Made by a program: the position numbers and the translations under genes
DNA from: Lentisphaeria bacterium
GTDB taxonomy: Bacteria > Verrucomicrobiota > Lentisphaeria > Victivallales > Victivallaceae
Length of the DNA: 61,776 nt
Assembly (NCBI GenBank): GCA_017508285.1
Contig: JAFVZG010000067.1
Coordinates: 1-61,776 of the forward strand
Direction of reading: 5' to 3'
Notes under the pieces: model-generated
Told to the model about the DNA's origin: nothing
The model's database searches: none
What the model saw: the letters and a program-made list of their open reading frames with translations, nothing else
Shown here: positions 15,823 through 26,328 of the stretch, one piece after another
Position numbering within the stretch: position 1 is the first letter of the stretch
Layout: each line of letters opens with the position of its first letter

Positions 15823-17691
15823 TCAATCCCCCTGCAAAACTGCGCCCAAAAGCATTCCGATCAATGTGATAACCAGCACCAGCAAATAGAAGTGCAGACT
15901 GCCGGATTGCAGCATGTGGATGCGGGATGCCAGAAAAGTACCGCATTTGAATACCGGCTGCCAGAAGTTCCTCATTCCGGCATCGGCGATTTCCTCATCC
16001 AGTTCCGATTTTCCGGGGAATATTCCCTGCGGAGCAGATATTTTTCTTGCCGGTTTCAAAAGAGAACCGAAAAAGTCCACCATGCTCCGGCTGAAAGAGG
16101 TCGCGGTATATTCCATCCGGGGATCCGGCAGCGCATATCCGCAATCCCATGTGGCACTTTTGCGTTCACCGCAGCGTTTATTCAATCCCCGGCGCAGCAG
16201 CATAATGGCGAAGATCAACAGGAGTCCTGCCAGCGAAAAGAGTGCCACTGCTGCCACCATTCCGGAGATGCTTTCTCCGTAACCGATGTACTCAGGAGTC
16301 ATCAAGCCCACCAGATATCTTATGCCGCAGGGCAGGGCGGCAAGTAATGCGCAACTGAGGAAAAAAAGCATCCAGACTGCCAGAATCATCCCCGGAGAAA
16401 CTTCTACGCTATCTTCGGCTTGGGCACTGCGCGGTTCGCCGCAGAAAACCGCTCCGATCACTTTGGCAAATGCCGCGGCGGCAAATCCTCCGGTGACAGC
16501 CAGGATCACCAATACAGCTGCAGAGATCACCGTCAGCGGCAGCTCTCTATTGCCCAACCCGGCAAAAGCAGCACAATAGATAAGGAATTCTCCGGCAAAA
16601 CCGGCAAACGGCGGCAAGCCGCACAAACCGGCGGCGTGGAGAATAAATCCGGTTCCGGTCCACGGCATCCGTTTGAGCAATCCGCCCATATCATCCATAT
16701 CCAGCGTACCGGCGGCTTTGTAGACCGAGCCGGCACCGAGAAAAAGACCGCCTTTGAAAAGCGCATGGTTGAGCAGATGCACTGCCGCTCCGGCAAAACC
16801 GCAGATCATCATTCCGGGAATGTGGTGGCTCATTCCCAGAAATCCCAGCCCCAGCGCGCAGCTTAAGATCCCCATGTTTTCAATACTTGAGTAGGCAAGA
16901 AGCCGTTTCAGGTTATTTTGCGCCAGTGCAAAAATGATCCCCGGCAGCATGGTCGCCATGCCGAGTATGCTCAATACCCAGCCGTACAAGGCGATGTTCC
17001 CGTCGCGGAGTATTCCGAATGAAAGCAGACCGTAAAACCCCAGTTCGATCATTGCACCTGACATCAGAGCCGATACCGGAGCCGGTGCCGCCGGGTGTGC
17101 TTCCGGCAGCCAGATGTGCAGCAGCGGGAAGCCGATTTTCAAGCCGAATCCGAGCAGGGCAATGATGAATACCCAGAGTGGAGTCAGGTCGAAACAAAAG
17201 AGCAGTATCAGCAATCCGGCTCCGGCATGACAGGCGATCATATAGATCCATCCTGCCCGGCAGGCACTCTGATTGTGGCGGTCAAAGATCACCAGCGCAA
17301 AACTTGCCGCCCCCATTATCTCCCATGCCAGCAGGAAACTCAGCGGATTTGACGCCGAATCAACTGCTGTTACCGCCAGCATCGCTGCCGCGGTGAGGTT
17401 GAAAAAGAACCAGTAGGTGCCGCTTCTTTCTGAACCGTGACCGGCAAGATAACCGATCGAGTGGATCGCACCTGCCAGACCGAGGATCAATACCGGAAAA
17501 GCAAAGAGATCACGCACCGCAAATCCGCCGTCATGGCAGTAGCATAAGATTTGCATTATGATCGCGGCAAGAGTTCCGCCGCAGAGGGTTCCGGCACCGG
17601 TGACCATCGCTGCAGCCGGTCTTTTTTGCAGCAGCCGTGACACGATACCCCCGGTGACGATCAGCACCACCGGGAAAAACATGATATCCAC
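15823..17691 (-). CDS. NuoL / HyfB-like antiporter-type membrane subunit (EhrA-like)
   Basis: 622 aa with HIWLPEAHPAAPAPVSALMSG. GTG start preceded by AAGGAG 7 nt upstream. Confidence 0.85.
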   Translation of the reverse strand: MDIMFFPVVLIVTGGIVSRLLQKRPAAAMVTGAGTLCGGTLAAIIMQILCYCHDGGFAVRDLFAFPVLILGLAGAIHSIGYLAGHGSERSGTYWFFFNLTAAAMLAVTAVDSASNPLSFLLAWEIMGAASFALVIFDRHNQSACRAGWIYMIACHAGAGLLILLFCFDLTPLWVFIIALLGFGLKIGFPLLHIWLPEAHPAAPAPVSALMSGAMIELGFYGLLSFGILRDGNIALYGWVLSILGMATMLPGIIFALAQNNLKRLLAYSSIENMGILSCALGLGFLGMSHHIPGMMICGFAGAAVHLLNHALFKGGLFLGAGSVYKAAGTLDMDDMGGLLKRMPWTGTGFILHAAGLCGLPPFAGFAGEFLIYCAAFAGLGNRELPLTVISAAVLVILAVTGGFAAAAFAKVIGAVFCGEPRSAQAEDSVEVSPGMILAVWMLFFLSCALLAALPCGIRYLVGLMTPEYIGYGESISGMVAAVALFSLAGLLLIFAIMLLRRGLNKRCGERKSATWDCGYALPDPRMEYTATSFSRSMVDFFGSLLKPARKISAPQGIFPGKSELDEEIADAGMRNFWQPVFKCGTFLASRIHMLQSGSLHFYLLVLVITLIGMLLGAVLQGD

Positions 17692-17923
17692 AAGATAACT
17701 CCTTTCCTGAAATATATTTTTGGCAATCTTATAATATAGTGCAAAAAAGCTGAGTTTTCAATGCATGTACCCTTGAATAAACGGCATCATTGTGCCATAT
17801 TAAACAGAATATCCCCGGGGAAATGTATTATTTAAAATATTTTTTCCGCCGTGAGCGTTATTATTGATGTGTGGAATGAGACAGAATATCACCAAATTTT
17901 AAGATAAGGATCACTGTTTTTTT

Positions 17924-19264
17924 ATGAAAAGTTTTTTCAAACTTCTGCTGCCTGTTGCGATCGTTATTGTTATTGCCGTCACCGCATGGTGGGGGTATAA
18001 GACATTTTACCGGGATAAGGTGGAAATATCTTTTAAGACGGAAAAGATCCTCCGGGAAGATCTGACCAGTTCCATCAGTGCCTCCGGAACCGTTGAGCCG
18101 GAGGAGTTGATCAATGTCAGTGCCCAGGTTTCCGGAAAGATCATGTCATTCGGCAAAGATACCGACGGCAATACCGTTGATTACCGCTCTTATGTCAAAG
18201 CCGGAACTCTCCTTGCTCAGATCGACGATGTGCTTTACGCCGCTGCTCTCCGGGAAGCCAAGGCACAAAAACAGCAGGCCGAAGCCGCCATCACCTCATC
18301 CTATGCTTCCATCCGTCAGGCAGATGCCAGACTCAATCTGGCAGCGGTCAACTGGCGGCGGGCTCAGGAACTCTATGAAAAAAAGGCAATGGCAAAAAGC
18401 GACTACGATTCAGCGGAAGCGTCTTATATTTCCGCTCAGGCGGATCAGGCAGCCGCTAAAGCCGATCTGGAACGCTCCAAAGCGCAGCTTGCCATTGCCG
18501 AAGCTTCTTTGATCAAGGCTCAGAGGAATCTGGATTACTGCGCTATTACTGCTCCGGTGGATGGGATCATTATTGACCGTCGGGTCAGTATCGGTCAGAC
18601 GATCGTTTCCAATATGAGTGCGTCAAGCATCTTTCTGATCGCCAAGGACTTCAAAAAAATGGAAGTGTGGGTTTCCGTCAATGAGGCTGATATCGGTCAT
18701 ATCAAAGTCGGCATGCCTGCTGAGTTTACCATTGATACTTTTCCGGGGATAACCTTTTCCGGCAAGGTGAAAAAAGTCCGTCTCAATGCCACGATGTCAC
18801 AGAATGTTGTTACCTATATCGTTGAGGTGGTTACTGATAATTCCAATGGCAAACTGCTGCCTTATCTGACTGCCAATGTGAAGTTTATCCGTCAGCGCAA
18901 TAAAAATGTGCTGACCGTTTCCAATGCGGCATTGCGTTTCAAGCCGGAAGAGTCTTTTATCGCTCCGGAATTCCGCACTCAGAGATTTCCGGAAAATGCC
19001 AAACTGGTCTATGTCAGGCATGACGGTCTGCTCAAACCGGTGGAAGTGAAAACCGGTCTGGCGGCTTCCGGCAGGGTGGAATTGCTCGACCCGCCTTTGA
19101 GCGAGGGAGAGGAGATCGTTTACGGAGCCACTGAGATCGCAGTTTCGGCGAAGAAGGAATCCAAGGGGGCAAAGAGCAGTCCTTTTATGCCCAAGCCGGA
19201 TAATACCAAAGTCCGCGGCGGCGGTTCAGCAGCCAACCGTGCCCGCGTTCAACAAACCAGATGA
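17924..19264 (+). CDS. Efflux transporter periplasmic adaptor (MacA/HlyD family)
   Basis: N-terminal TM anchor, coiled-coil region and beta-barrel pattern. Followed by MacB-type genes. Confidence 0.85.
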   Translation: MKSFFKLLLPVAIVIVIAVTAWWGYKTFYRDKVEISFKTEKILREDLTSSISASGTVEPEELINVSAQVSGKIMSFGKDTDGNTVDYRSYVKAGTLLAQIDDVLYAAALREAKAQKQQAEAAITSSYASIRQADARLNLAAVNWRRAQELYEKKAMAKSDYDSAEASYISAQADQAAAKADLERSKAQLAIAEASLIKAQRNLDYCAITAPVDGIIIDRRVSIGQTIVSNMSASSIFLIAKDFKKMEVWVSVNEADIGHIKVGMPAEFTIDTFPGITFSGKVKKVRLNATMSQNVVTYIVEVVTDNSNGKLLPYLTANVKFIRQRNKNVLTVSNAALRFKPEESFIAPEFRTQRFPENAKLVYVRHDGLLKPVEVKTGLAASGRVELLDPPLSEGEEIVYGATEIAVSAKKESKGAKSSPFMPKPDNTKVRGGGSAANRARVQQTR

Positions 19265-19273
19265 GGCGAGCTG

Positions 19274-19972
19274 ATGGCACTGATCGAATTGCATGATATC
19301 ACCAAAGATTACCCGCTTGGAGAGTTGACCATCCGGGTGTTGAAAGGGGTTTCGCTTGCCATCGACCGTGGTGAGTATGTCGCCTTGATGGGGGCTTCCG
19401 GCTCAGGTAAAAGCACGCTGATGAATATTCTCGGCTGTCTTGACCGGCCCACCGCAGGCGATTACTTCCTTGACGGTTTGGAACTGGGCAGGGCTTCCGG
19501 TGATCTGCGGGCAAAAGTCCGCAACCGTCAGATCGGCTTTGTATTTCAAAGTTTCAATCTTTTGCCCCGCACTTCTGCTCTGGAAAATGTGATAATGCCG
19601 CTGGCTTACACCTCAAATCTGAGCAACAGCGAAAAACGCCGCCGGGGCATGGCGGCTCTGGAAGAGGTCGGTATCGCCGACCGTGCCTGGCATCATCCGT
19701 CGCAGCTTTCCGGCGGTCAGCAGCAGCGGGTCGCCATTGCCCGCGCCCTGATCAACCGCCCGCCGGTGATCTTCGCTGATGAACCTACCGGAAACCTCGA
19801 CTCCAAAACCAGTGTCGAAGTGATGGATATGTTCAAAAAACTCAACGATGACGGCATTACCGTTATTTTGGTAACTCACTCTCAGGCGATCGCCAAATTT
19901 GCCAAAAGAACGATTTGCATGAGTGACGGTCAGATCGTTTCCGGTCTGTTTGAAGGAGGGGTGTCGCAATGA
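19274..19972 (+). CDS. ABC transporter ATP-binding protein (MacB/LolD type)
   Basis: [23 protein letters not shown] Walker [16 protein letters not shown] signature and [10 protein letters not shown] Walker B. Confidence 0.92.
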   Translation: MALIELHDITKDYPLGELTIRVLKGVSLAIDRGEYVALMGASGSGKSTLMNILGCLDRPTAGDYFLDGLELGRASGDLRAKVRNRQIGFVFQSFNLLPRTSALENVIMPLAYTSNLSNSEKRRRGMAALEEVGIADRAWHHPSQLSGGQQQRVAIARALINRPPVIFADEPTGNLDSKTSVEVMDMFKKLNDDGITVILVTHSQAIAKFAKRTICMSDGQIVSGLFEGGVSQ

Positions 19973-21327
19973 GATTTTTCAGCACAGTTTTAATGGCATT
20001 GCGTTCTCTTTTGCGCAATCCGACCCGGACTTTACTGACTATGCTCGGTATCATTATCGGTATTGCCGCAGTTATTGCCATGATGGAAATCGGCGCCGGA
20101 TCATCTGCCAGTATCCGTTCCACCATTGAGCAGATGGGGGCAGGCTCCGGGGTGGTCTATCCCGGTGTGCGCCGGGTAGCCGGTATCAAGGTCGGGGTCA
20201 ATACCTGGACAAGGCTGCTTCCGGCAGATGCAGAAGCCATCATGCAGGAGTGTCCTCATATCTCTCAGGTTTCACCGGTGGTAAGTTCCTCTTCCGCCCA
20301 GGCGGTATTCGGTTCAGAAAACTGGATACCCGCGCAGATGTACGGAGTTGCTCCGTCTTATTTCAACATCCGGGATTGGCAGGTCGAAGAGGGGCGTTTT
20401 TTTACTGACCGTGAGGTCGATGTCAATGCCCGTGTGTGTCTGGTCGGTTCGACGATCGTCAAAGAACTTTTTCATGGAGTATCGCCCATTGATTGTGAGA
20501 TGCGGATCAATAATACCACATTCCGGGTAATCGGCATTTTGAAAAGCAAAGGAGCCAATATGATGGGTATGGATGAGGATGATGTCATTCTTATCCCGTG
20601 GACGACGATGCGGATGCGGATCACCGGATTGCGTAACGGCTCAGCTTCCAGTACTTCCAGCACTCTGGCATCCAAGCCGGGGGCGACCTTTCCGGTTTCC
20701 GGAGTGGCACTTTATCCGGCGCAGGATGATTCTCTGCGCAATGACAAACTGGTGATCCCGAAATTCACCTATGTGGATCAGATCGCTTTTTCGGCGGTTT
20801 CTCCTGAGAAAATGCCGCAGGCTATTGCCGAAATCACTGCCGTGCTGCGGGAACGCCATCAATTGGTCGCCGCGCAGGAGGATGACTTCCGCATCCGTTC
20901 TGCGGCGGACTTTATGAAGATGATGAATAAGACCAGTACCCTGATGAATAACCTGCTGCTCGGAGTCGCTCTGCTTTCCCTGCTGGTCGGCGGTGTCGGT
21001 ATCATGAATATCATGCTGGTTTCAGTGACCGAGCGGACAAGGGAGATCGGTCTGCGCATGGCAGTCGGTGCCAGAAGTGTGGATATATTGAAGCAGTTTC
21101 TTATTGAATCGGTGGTCATGTGTCTGGTCGGCGGCATTATCGGCATTCTTCTCGGTCACGGGGTATCACTTTTTATTGAAAGTCAACTGCGCTGGCCTAT
21201 TGAAAGCAGTCCTGGTGCGGTGATCGCCGCATTTGCAGTATCTGCCAGTATCGGTATGGTTTTCGGTTTCTACCCGGCATGGAAGGCTTCACAACTTGAT
21301 CCCATTGAAGCACTCCGCTACGAATAA
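19969..21327 (+). CDS. ABC transporter permease (MacB/FtsX-like with a large periplasmic domain)
   Basis: 452 aa with the C-terminal FtsX pattern ...TERTREIGLRMAVGA.... Overlaps the ATPase gene by 4 nt. Confidence 0.88.
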   Translation: MRFFSTVLMALRSLLRNPTRTLLTMLGIIIGIAAVIAMMEIGAGSSASIRSTIEQMGAGSGVVYPGVRRVAGIKVGVNTWTRLLPADAEAIMQECPHISQVSPVVSSSSAQAVFGSENWIPAQMYGVAPSYFNIRDWQVEEGRFFTDREVDVNARVCLVGSTIVKELFHGVSPIDCEMRINNTTFRVIGILKSKGANMMGMDEDDVILIPWTTMRMRITGLRNGSASSTSSTLASKPGATFPVSGVALYPAQDDSLRNDKLVIPKFTYVDQIAFSAVSPEKMPQAIAEITAVLRERHQLVAAQEDDFRIRSAADFMKMMNKTSTLMNNLLLGVALLSLLVGGVGIMNIMLVSVTERTREIGLRMAVGARSVDILKQFLIESVVMCLVGGIIGILLGHGVSLFIESQLRWPIESSPGAVIAAFAVSASIGMVFGFYPAWKASQLDPIEALRYE

Positions 21328-21344
21328 TTGCCGTGCGCCGCAGA

Positions 21345-23431
21345 TCAATCGCCGGAATTGAATAATTTACCGAGCTGCAGCTGACTGCGGGCGGGATTTC
21401 CGGAAGCATCTGCCGGTCTGGTGTATTTGCCGGAGTGGGTCAGACGGCGGCTTTTGGCTTTATCCTGCAGCTGGCAGTTGAGCATGGCGAGGATCTTCTG
21501 TTTCAATGCCGGGTCATCAATGGGGAAAGCGGTCTCTATCCTCCGGTCAAGGTTGCGCGGCATCCAGTCGGCACTTGAACAGAATAATTTTTCTCCGGTT
21601 CCGAAAAAGAAGACCCTGGAGTGTTCCAGAAAGCGGTCGACTATACTTATTATCCGCAAGTTTTTCTTCCCTTCCGGCGGACGCATACAGCAGATCCCCC
21701 TGACGATGAGGTCGATTTTTACTCCGGCATCCACTGCACGTTGGAGCAGATTTATCATCTGCGGGTCGGAGAGACTGTTCATTTTGCGATGATCCTGCCG
21801 TTTTTGCCGTTTTTGATCTCGTTTTCGATCAAATGTTCCATAGTCTGGCGCAAGTTGAAAGGAGATACGGCGATCTGTTTCCATTTTTCCGGCGGTTCAC
21901 TGTTGCCGGAAAGCAGATTGAAGAGATCTGCTGCATCATCAGTTAATGCCCGGCTGCAGCTCAATAAGCTCAAATCGGTATACAACTTGGCAGTTTCATC
22001 GTTGTAATTGCCGGTACCGAAGTGGACATATTTGCATAATTTTCCTGCCTCTTTACGGACGATCAGCAGGGTTTTGCTGTGAACTTTCAACCCCGGCACT
22101 CCATAGACTACATGGGCTCCGGCATGATCGAGCAGCTCAGCCCAGGCGATATTGTTGCTCTCATCAAAGCGGGCTTTAAGTTCCACCAGCACAGTGACCT
22201 GTTTGCCGTTTTTTGCCGCTTTCTGCAGGGCTTTTATGATCGGAGAATTGCCGCTTACCCGGTACAATGTCTGCTTGATCGCCAGCACCTCAGGATCATC
22301 AGCAGCTTCTTCCAGCATTCTGATTATCGGAGAAAAACTTTGATAAGGGTGTGCCAGAAGAATATTCTTTTTTGCCTTAATTGCATCGAAGATTGTCGGA
22401 TAACGGGAGAAGAAATCCGGTTCAGCCGGGAGCATCGGTTTATTCTGCAGATCCGGGCGGTTCACTGCAAAGGAGAGTTGAAAAAATTGTTTGAGGTGCA
22501 TGAATCCGGGAACCGGGAAAATCAGGGAAGGAGCCAGTTTCAGAGATTTTTGCAGATAATCAAGCAAATTGCGGTCATGCAAGTTGGTGGAGTATTCCAT
22601 TCTCACCGGATCTCTCCGGCTGCGCTGACGCAGTTTATCCCGGAGATTGTGCAGCAGATCCTCGGCGTCATCTTCCGGAGCGATCACATAATCCATATCT
22701 CTGGTGATCCTGAATAGCTGTATCGCTTTTACTTCCCCGCCGGGAAAGAGCAGATTGATGTTGGCGGCGATAAGATCTTCGGCTGTAATAAAAATTTTTT
22801 CCGTTCCGTTTTTTTTATCCGGAACCGGGAAAAATCTGCCAAGTACTTCCGGGACTTCGACAAAAGCAGTGACATCTTTGCCGCTTTTGGGAAAGTGCAA
22901 ACGCAACGCCAATTCCAAAGCCCCTGAGTTGAGGCGCGGGAATGGCTGAGCCGGATCGGCGGCAAGCGGAGTGAGGGCGGGAAGGATATCCCGTATGAAA
23001 AATTTCCGCATTTTTGATCGATCTTCAGAGGATAGCCGGTCAAATCCGGTCAGAAATATTCCCTGAGTTTCAAGCGCGGGCAAAATTTCCTGCCGGAGTA
23101 GAGAGTACTGTTGTTTCAGCATCGCAGAAACTTTTTTTACAATAGCCTGCAATTGTTCTCCGGGAGTGTATCCTGCCGGGTCGCAGCGGTCGCTGTCATT
23201 GTGGAGCAGATGGAGCAATCCGGCAACTCTGACCATGAAAAATTCATCGAGGTTGCTGCTGAATATGGCGATGAATTTCAATCTTTCAAGCAGAGGCAGA
23301 TCTCTGTCTGCTGCTTCCTGCAGAACTCGTGAGTTGAATTCCAGCCATGACAGTTCCCGGTTGATAAAGCTGCCGGAAGAAGATTCAAAGATTGCTGAAC
23401 CAGCTTTTTGCTTCCGGGTTGTAGTAATCAT
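21345..23431 (-). pseudogene. ppk: Polyphosphate kinase 1 split by a -1-nt frame change at an A4 run (fragments 21779-23431 and 21345-21782)
   Basis: N-terminal part ...SGSFINRELSWLEFNSRVLQEA... ends ...NGRIIAK*. The next frame continues MNSLSDPQMINLLQRAVDAGVKIDLIVRGICCMRP...DRFLEHSRVFFF. Combined length is about 694 aa, typical of PPK1. Confidence 0.85.
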
Positions 23432-23957
23432 AATTTTTCCTGGCAAATTTGACGATGCCTTTAGCAGTGTAAACATCCACACCGATCCGCAGTTTGACCC
23501 AGTCTTTTGCCCCGTCATCCAGACTGGCAGGGACAAAGGTTCCGGCAAACCGGTTATCCACCATCATCGCCACCTCTCTGCCGCGGTTGGAGCCGTGAAG
23601 CATCATCCACTGGGTTTTCCCCATGCGGTCAAGACGGAATTCCAGATCATAAACATCCGGATTGCCGGGGCGGGGAATGGCACGGGCGGCACGGATGCGT
23701 TTGCTGTGAAAGAGGGCATTGGTATTTATACAGATAGTCTCCCCGTTGCCGATATCGATCTCTTTTTCCAGATTGGAGGCTCTCGGATAGTTTATGATCT
23801 GAAATACGCCGATATTGAAACGGGTCTCATATTCATCGCTGGAGGGGTCTTCAGAAGCGTAACTTTCCTGCAGAGCTTCCTGAAAAACCTCGCATCCGCT
23901 GAAAAAAAGCACCCCGGTGAGGATGACCGCCGGAAGCAAATCAAAAAACTTTTTCAT
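23385..23957 (-). CDS. Lipoprotein, function unknown
   Basis: MKKFFDLLPAVILTGVLFFSGC lipobox. GGAGA lies 8 nt upstream of the ATG at 23957. Confidence 0.65.
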   Translation of the reverse strand: MKKFFDLLPAVILTGVLFFSGCEVFQEALQESYASEDPSSDEYETRFNIGVFQIINYPRASNLEKEIDIGNGETICINTNALFHSKRIRAARAIPRPGNPDVYDLEFRLDRMGKTQWMMLHGSNRGREVAMMVDNRFAGTFVPASLDDGAKDWVKLRIGVDVYTAKGIVKFARKNYDYYNPEAKSWFSNL

Positions 23958-24072
23958 TTCCGATATCTCCAAAAAAAATGTAAATTAAAGCAGTGTTCTT
24001 CTTGCGAAGCATTTGATTTTCATGTATATTAACCCCAAATACATGAAATTTCCAGTGAAAAGTGATAAAAAT

Positions 24073-24918
24073 ATGGAAAAATATCTGGTAATCGGTGATC
24101 CGGTGGGACACAGCCGTTCCCCGGGGATGCAGAATGCAGCTTTTGAAAAAGCGGGTTTGGGGGCACCTTACGGCATAAAGCGGGTAACTCCGGAGGAGCT
24201 GCCGGAATTTTTTGAGTATGCCCGTAAAAACTGCCGCGGCGTGAATCTGACCGTCCCGCATAAATTGGCGGCAGCAGAATTGGCGGATGAGTTGACTCCA
24301 TGCGCCGCCGCTTGCAAAAGCGTGAATACTTTACTGATAGAAAATGGTAAAATAACCGGTCACTCCACCGACGGTATCGGTCTGGAGGAGGCATTGAAGT
24401 ATTGTTTTAACGAACCATTGAGCGGCAAGCGCATAGTTTTTCTTGGCTCAGGCGGTGCAGCTCAGGCGACAGCGGTGCATCTGGCAAACTGCAATGTCGC
24501 CGGAATAAGTTTTATCAACCGGACTTTGAGCAAGGCGGAAGTGCTGGCTGATATGTGCCGTGCCCAAAAGGGTGATCTTGAAATATCCTGCGTCGCTCCG
24601 GATGACCGCAGAGCAGTTGCCGGATTGCTGGAGGAGTGTGATTATCTTATTCAGGCAACTTCTCTGGGGTTGAAACCGTTTGACCCGCTGCCGGTGGCAC
24701 CGGAGTGTTTTCAAAAGGGGATGAAATTCTGTCTTTTTGATACGATCTACCATCCAACTCCGATCCAGGCTCTGGCGGAAAAAAACGGCATCCGCTGGGC
24801 AAACGGCAAAGAAATGCTGATCCGGCAGGGGGCGGCGAGTTTCGAGATGTGGACAGGTATTGAGCCGGACTTGTCTGCCATGCGGCGGGGTTTTGATGAA
24901 GGAGTGCCCGGAAAATGA
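24073..24918 (+). CDS. aroE: Shikimate dehydrogenase
   Basis: MEKYLVIGDPVGHSRSPGMQNAAF N-terminal signature and GSGGAAQA NADP motif. Confidence 0.88.
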   Translation: MEKYLVIGDPVGHSRSPGMQNAAFEKAGLGAPYGIKRVTPEELPEFFEYARKNCRGVNLTVPHKLAAAELADELTPCAAACKSVNTLLIENGKITGHSTDGIGLEEALKYCFNEPLSGKRIVFLGSGGAAQATAVHLANCNVAGISFINRTLSKAEVLADMCRAQKGDLEISCVAPDDRRAVAGLLEECDYLIQATSLGLKPFDPLPVAPECFQKGMKFCLFDTIYHPTPIQALAEKNGIRWANGKEMLIRQGAASFEMWTGIEPDLSAMRRGFDEGVPGK

Positions 24919-25790
24919 ATTTTGACCTTGGAGTATGGTATCATCTGGCGCAAGAAGACTGGTTTATCCGCTGGGGGTTGATCTATCCCGGTGTGTGGTT
25001 CGTGGTCATCTTCTGGGTATTTGCTTTCGGAGCCTGCATCGGCAGTTTTCTGAATGTCTGCATTTGGCGGATACCACGCGGTGAATCGTTATCCAAAGCG
25101 GCAAGTCACTGCACGGTGTGCGGCAATCCGATCCGCTGGTACGATAATATCCCGGTGGCAAGTTATCTTATACTGCGCGGCAGATGCCGCAGCTGCAGGA
25201 CGCCTTATTCAGCATCATATTTTGCTGTGGAATTGCTTTGCGGCATCCTGACGGCACTGCTGGTGGTCAAAAGCGGTCTTTCGGAGCAGAGTGCAGCGGT
25301 CATTCCCGGGAGGATGCTTCTGATATTTTTCGGTGTGGCATGTGCCGGAACCGATTGGAGATTTCAGGTCGTCCCAAATAAACTCACCTTCAGCGGTATG
25401 GCAATGGCACTGCTGCTGGCTGCGCTGCTGCCGTCGGTCTGGGGGTGTGATAAATTCTGGATGGCGGTGATATGGTCACTGCTTTCCGGAGTGATACCGG
25501 CACTGCTGCTGTGGCTCTTTGCACTGGCGGGGAAAAAGATCGCCGGTCAGGAAGTTCTGGGGATGGGAGATGTGAAGTTTGTTGCCATGTGCGGCATGTT
25601 TCTGGGATTGCCGGGGGTATTATTCACGGTTATTGCCGGTTCATTTGCCGGAACTTTGTGGGGGATAATAATCAAACAGAGTTTCAAAGCCAAATTGCCC
25701 TTTGTGCCTTTTCTGATGCTGGGGGCGGTGATCTGGATCTTTGCCGATATTCCGCTTCTGGATTGGTATGCGCTTTTATTCATCCGGTGA
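24915..25790 (+). CDS. Prepilin peptidase (A24 family, PilD/GspO-like)
   Basis: Zinc-ribbon CTVCGNPIRWYDNIPV..RGRCRSC and GMGDVKF catalytic Asp motif in a polytopic protein. Confidence 0.88.
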   Translation: MNFDLGVWYHLAQEDWFIRWGLIYPGVWFVVIFWVFAFGACIGSFLNVCIWRIPRGESLSKAASHCTVCGNPIRWYDNIPVASYLILRGRCRSCRTPYSASYFAVELLCGILTALLVVKSGLSEQSAAVIPGRMLLIFFGVACAGTDWRFQVVPNKLTFSGMAMALLLAALLPSVWGCDKFWMAVIWSLLSGVIPALLLWLFALAGKKIAGQEVLGMGDVKFVAMCGMFLGLPGVLFTVIAGSFAGTLWGIIIKQSFKAKLPFVPFLMLGAVIWIFADIPLLDWYALLFIR

Positions 25791-25857
25791 ATGGGATTTG
25801 CAAAATTGCGGAAGATACGGTATATTAAGGAACAACAACTGAAAGGATCATAAAAAA

Positions 25858-26328
25858 ATGGCTGAGAAAAGAGTGCGCCCGTCATGGGATCGCTATTTTA
25901 TGGATATTGCTCATGTGGCGGCAAGCCGGAGCAATTGCAGCCGCCGTCAGGTGGCGGCGGTGGTGGTGCGGGATAAGCAGATCATTTCCACCGGTTACAA
26001 TGGTACTCCGCGCGGGATAAAAAACTGTTCTGACGGCGGGTGTCCGCGCTGCAATTCCAATATTCCCAGCGGTGAGGGGCTCGGTCAGTGCCTCTGCAGT
26101 CATGCCGAAGAGAATGCTATCGTGCAGGCGGCATATAACGGTATCCGCTTGAAAGGGGCAACTTTATATACCACTTTCAGCCCGTGTCTGCTCTGTGCCA
26201 AAATGATCATCAATGCCGGTATCGTGGAAGTTGTTTACCATCAGCACTATACCATTGATGATGTGTCGATGGCACTGTTGCGCGAAGCCGGAGTGGCGGT
26301 GCGTTCTGTGGATGAGGAGAATATGTGA
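25858..26328 (+). CDS. dCMP deaminase (ComEB family)
   Basis: CSHAEENAI and PCLLCAKMI zinc-binding motifs. Confidence 0.88.
   Translation: MAEKRVRPSWDRYFMDIAHVAASRSNCSRRQVAAVVVRDKQIISTGYNGTPRGIKNCSDGGCPRCNSNIPSGEGLGQCLCSHAEENAIVQAAYNGIRLKGATLYTTFSPCLLCAKMIINAGIVEVVYHQHYTIDDVSMALLREAGVAVRSVDEENM

Noticed and set aside
10584-17691. Annotating the operon as hydrogenase-4 / formate hydrogenlyase (hyfBCEFGI).
   Set aside because: The subunit homology is real. However, the large subunit has no CxxC motifs at either Ni-Fe ligand position, and no maturation or formate dehydrogenase genes are nearby. A functional [NiFe]-hydrogenase call is therefore not supported.
17692-17923. Sigma54-type promoter or riboswitch in the divergent region between the Ehr-like operon and macA.
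   Set aside because: TGGCA and TGCA elements are present but not at the GG-N10-GC spacing. Only weak sigma70-like hexamers and a clear AAGGAG SD for the GTG start are visible. No conserved structured element was recognised.
21783-21884. N-terminal part of ORF 21345-21884 (METDRRISFQLAPDYGTFDRKRDQKRQKRQDHRK) as a separate gene start.
   Set aside because: This stretch is the out-of-frame read of the ppk1 N-terminal fragment. PPK1 homology in this frame begins only at MNSLSD (21782).
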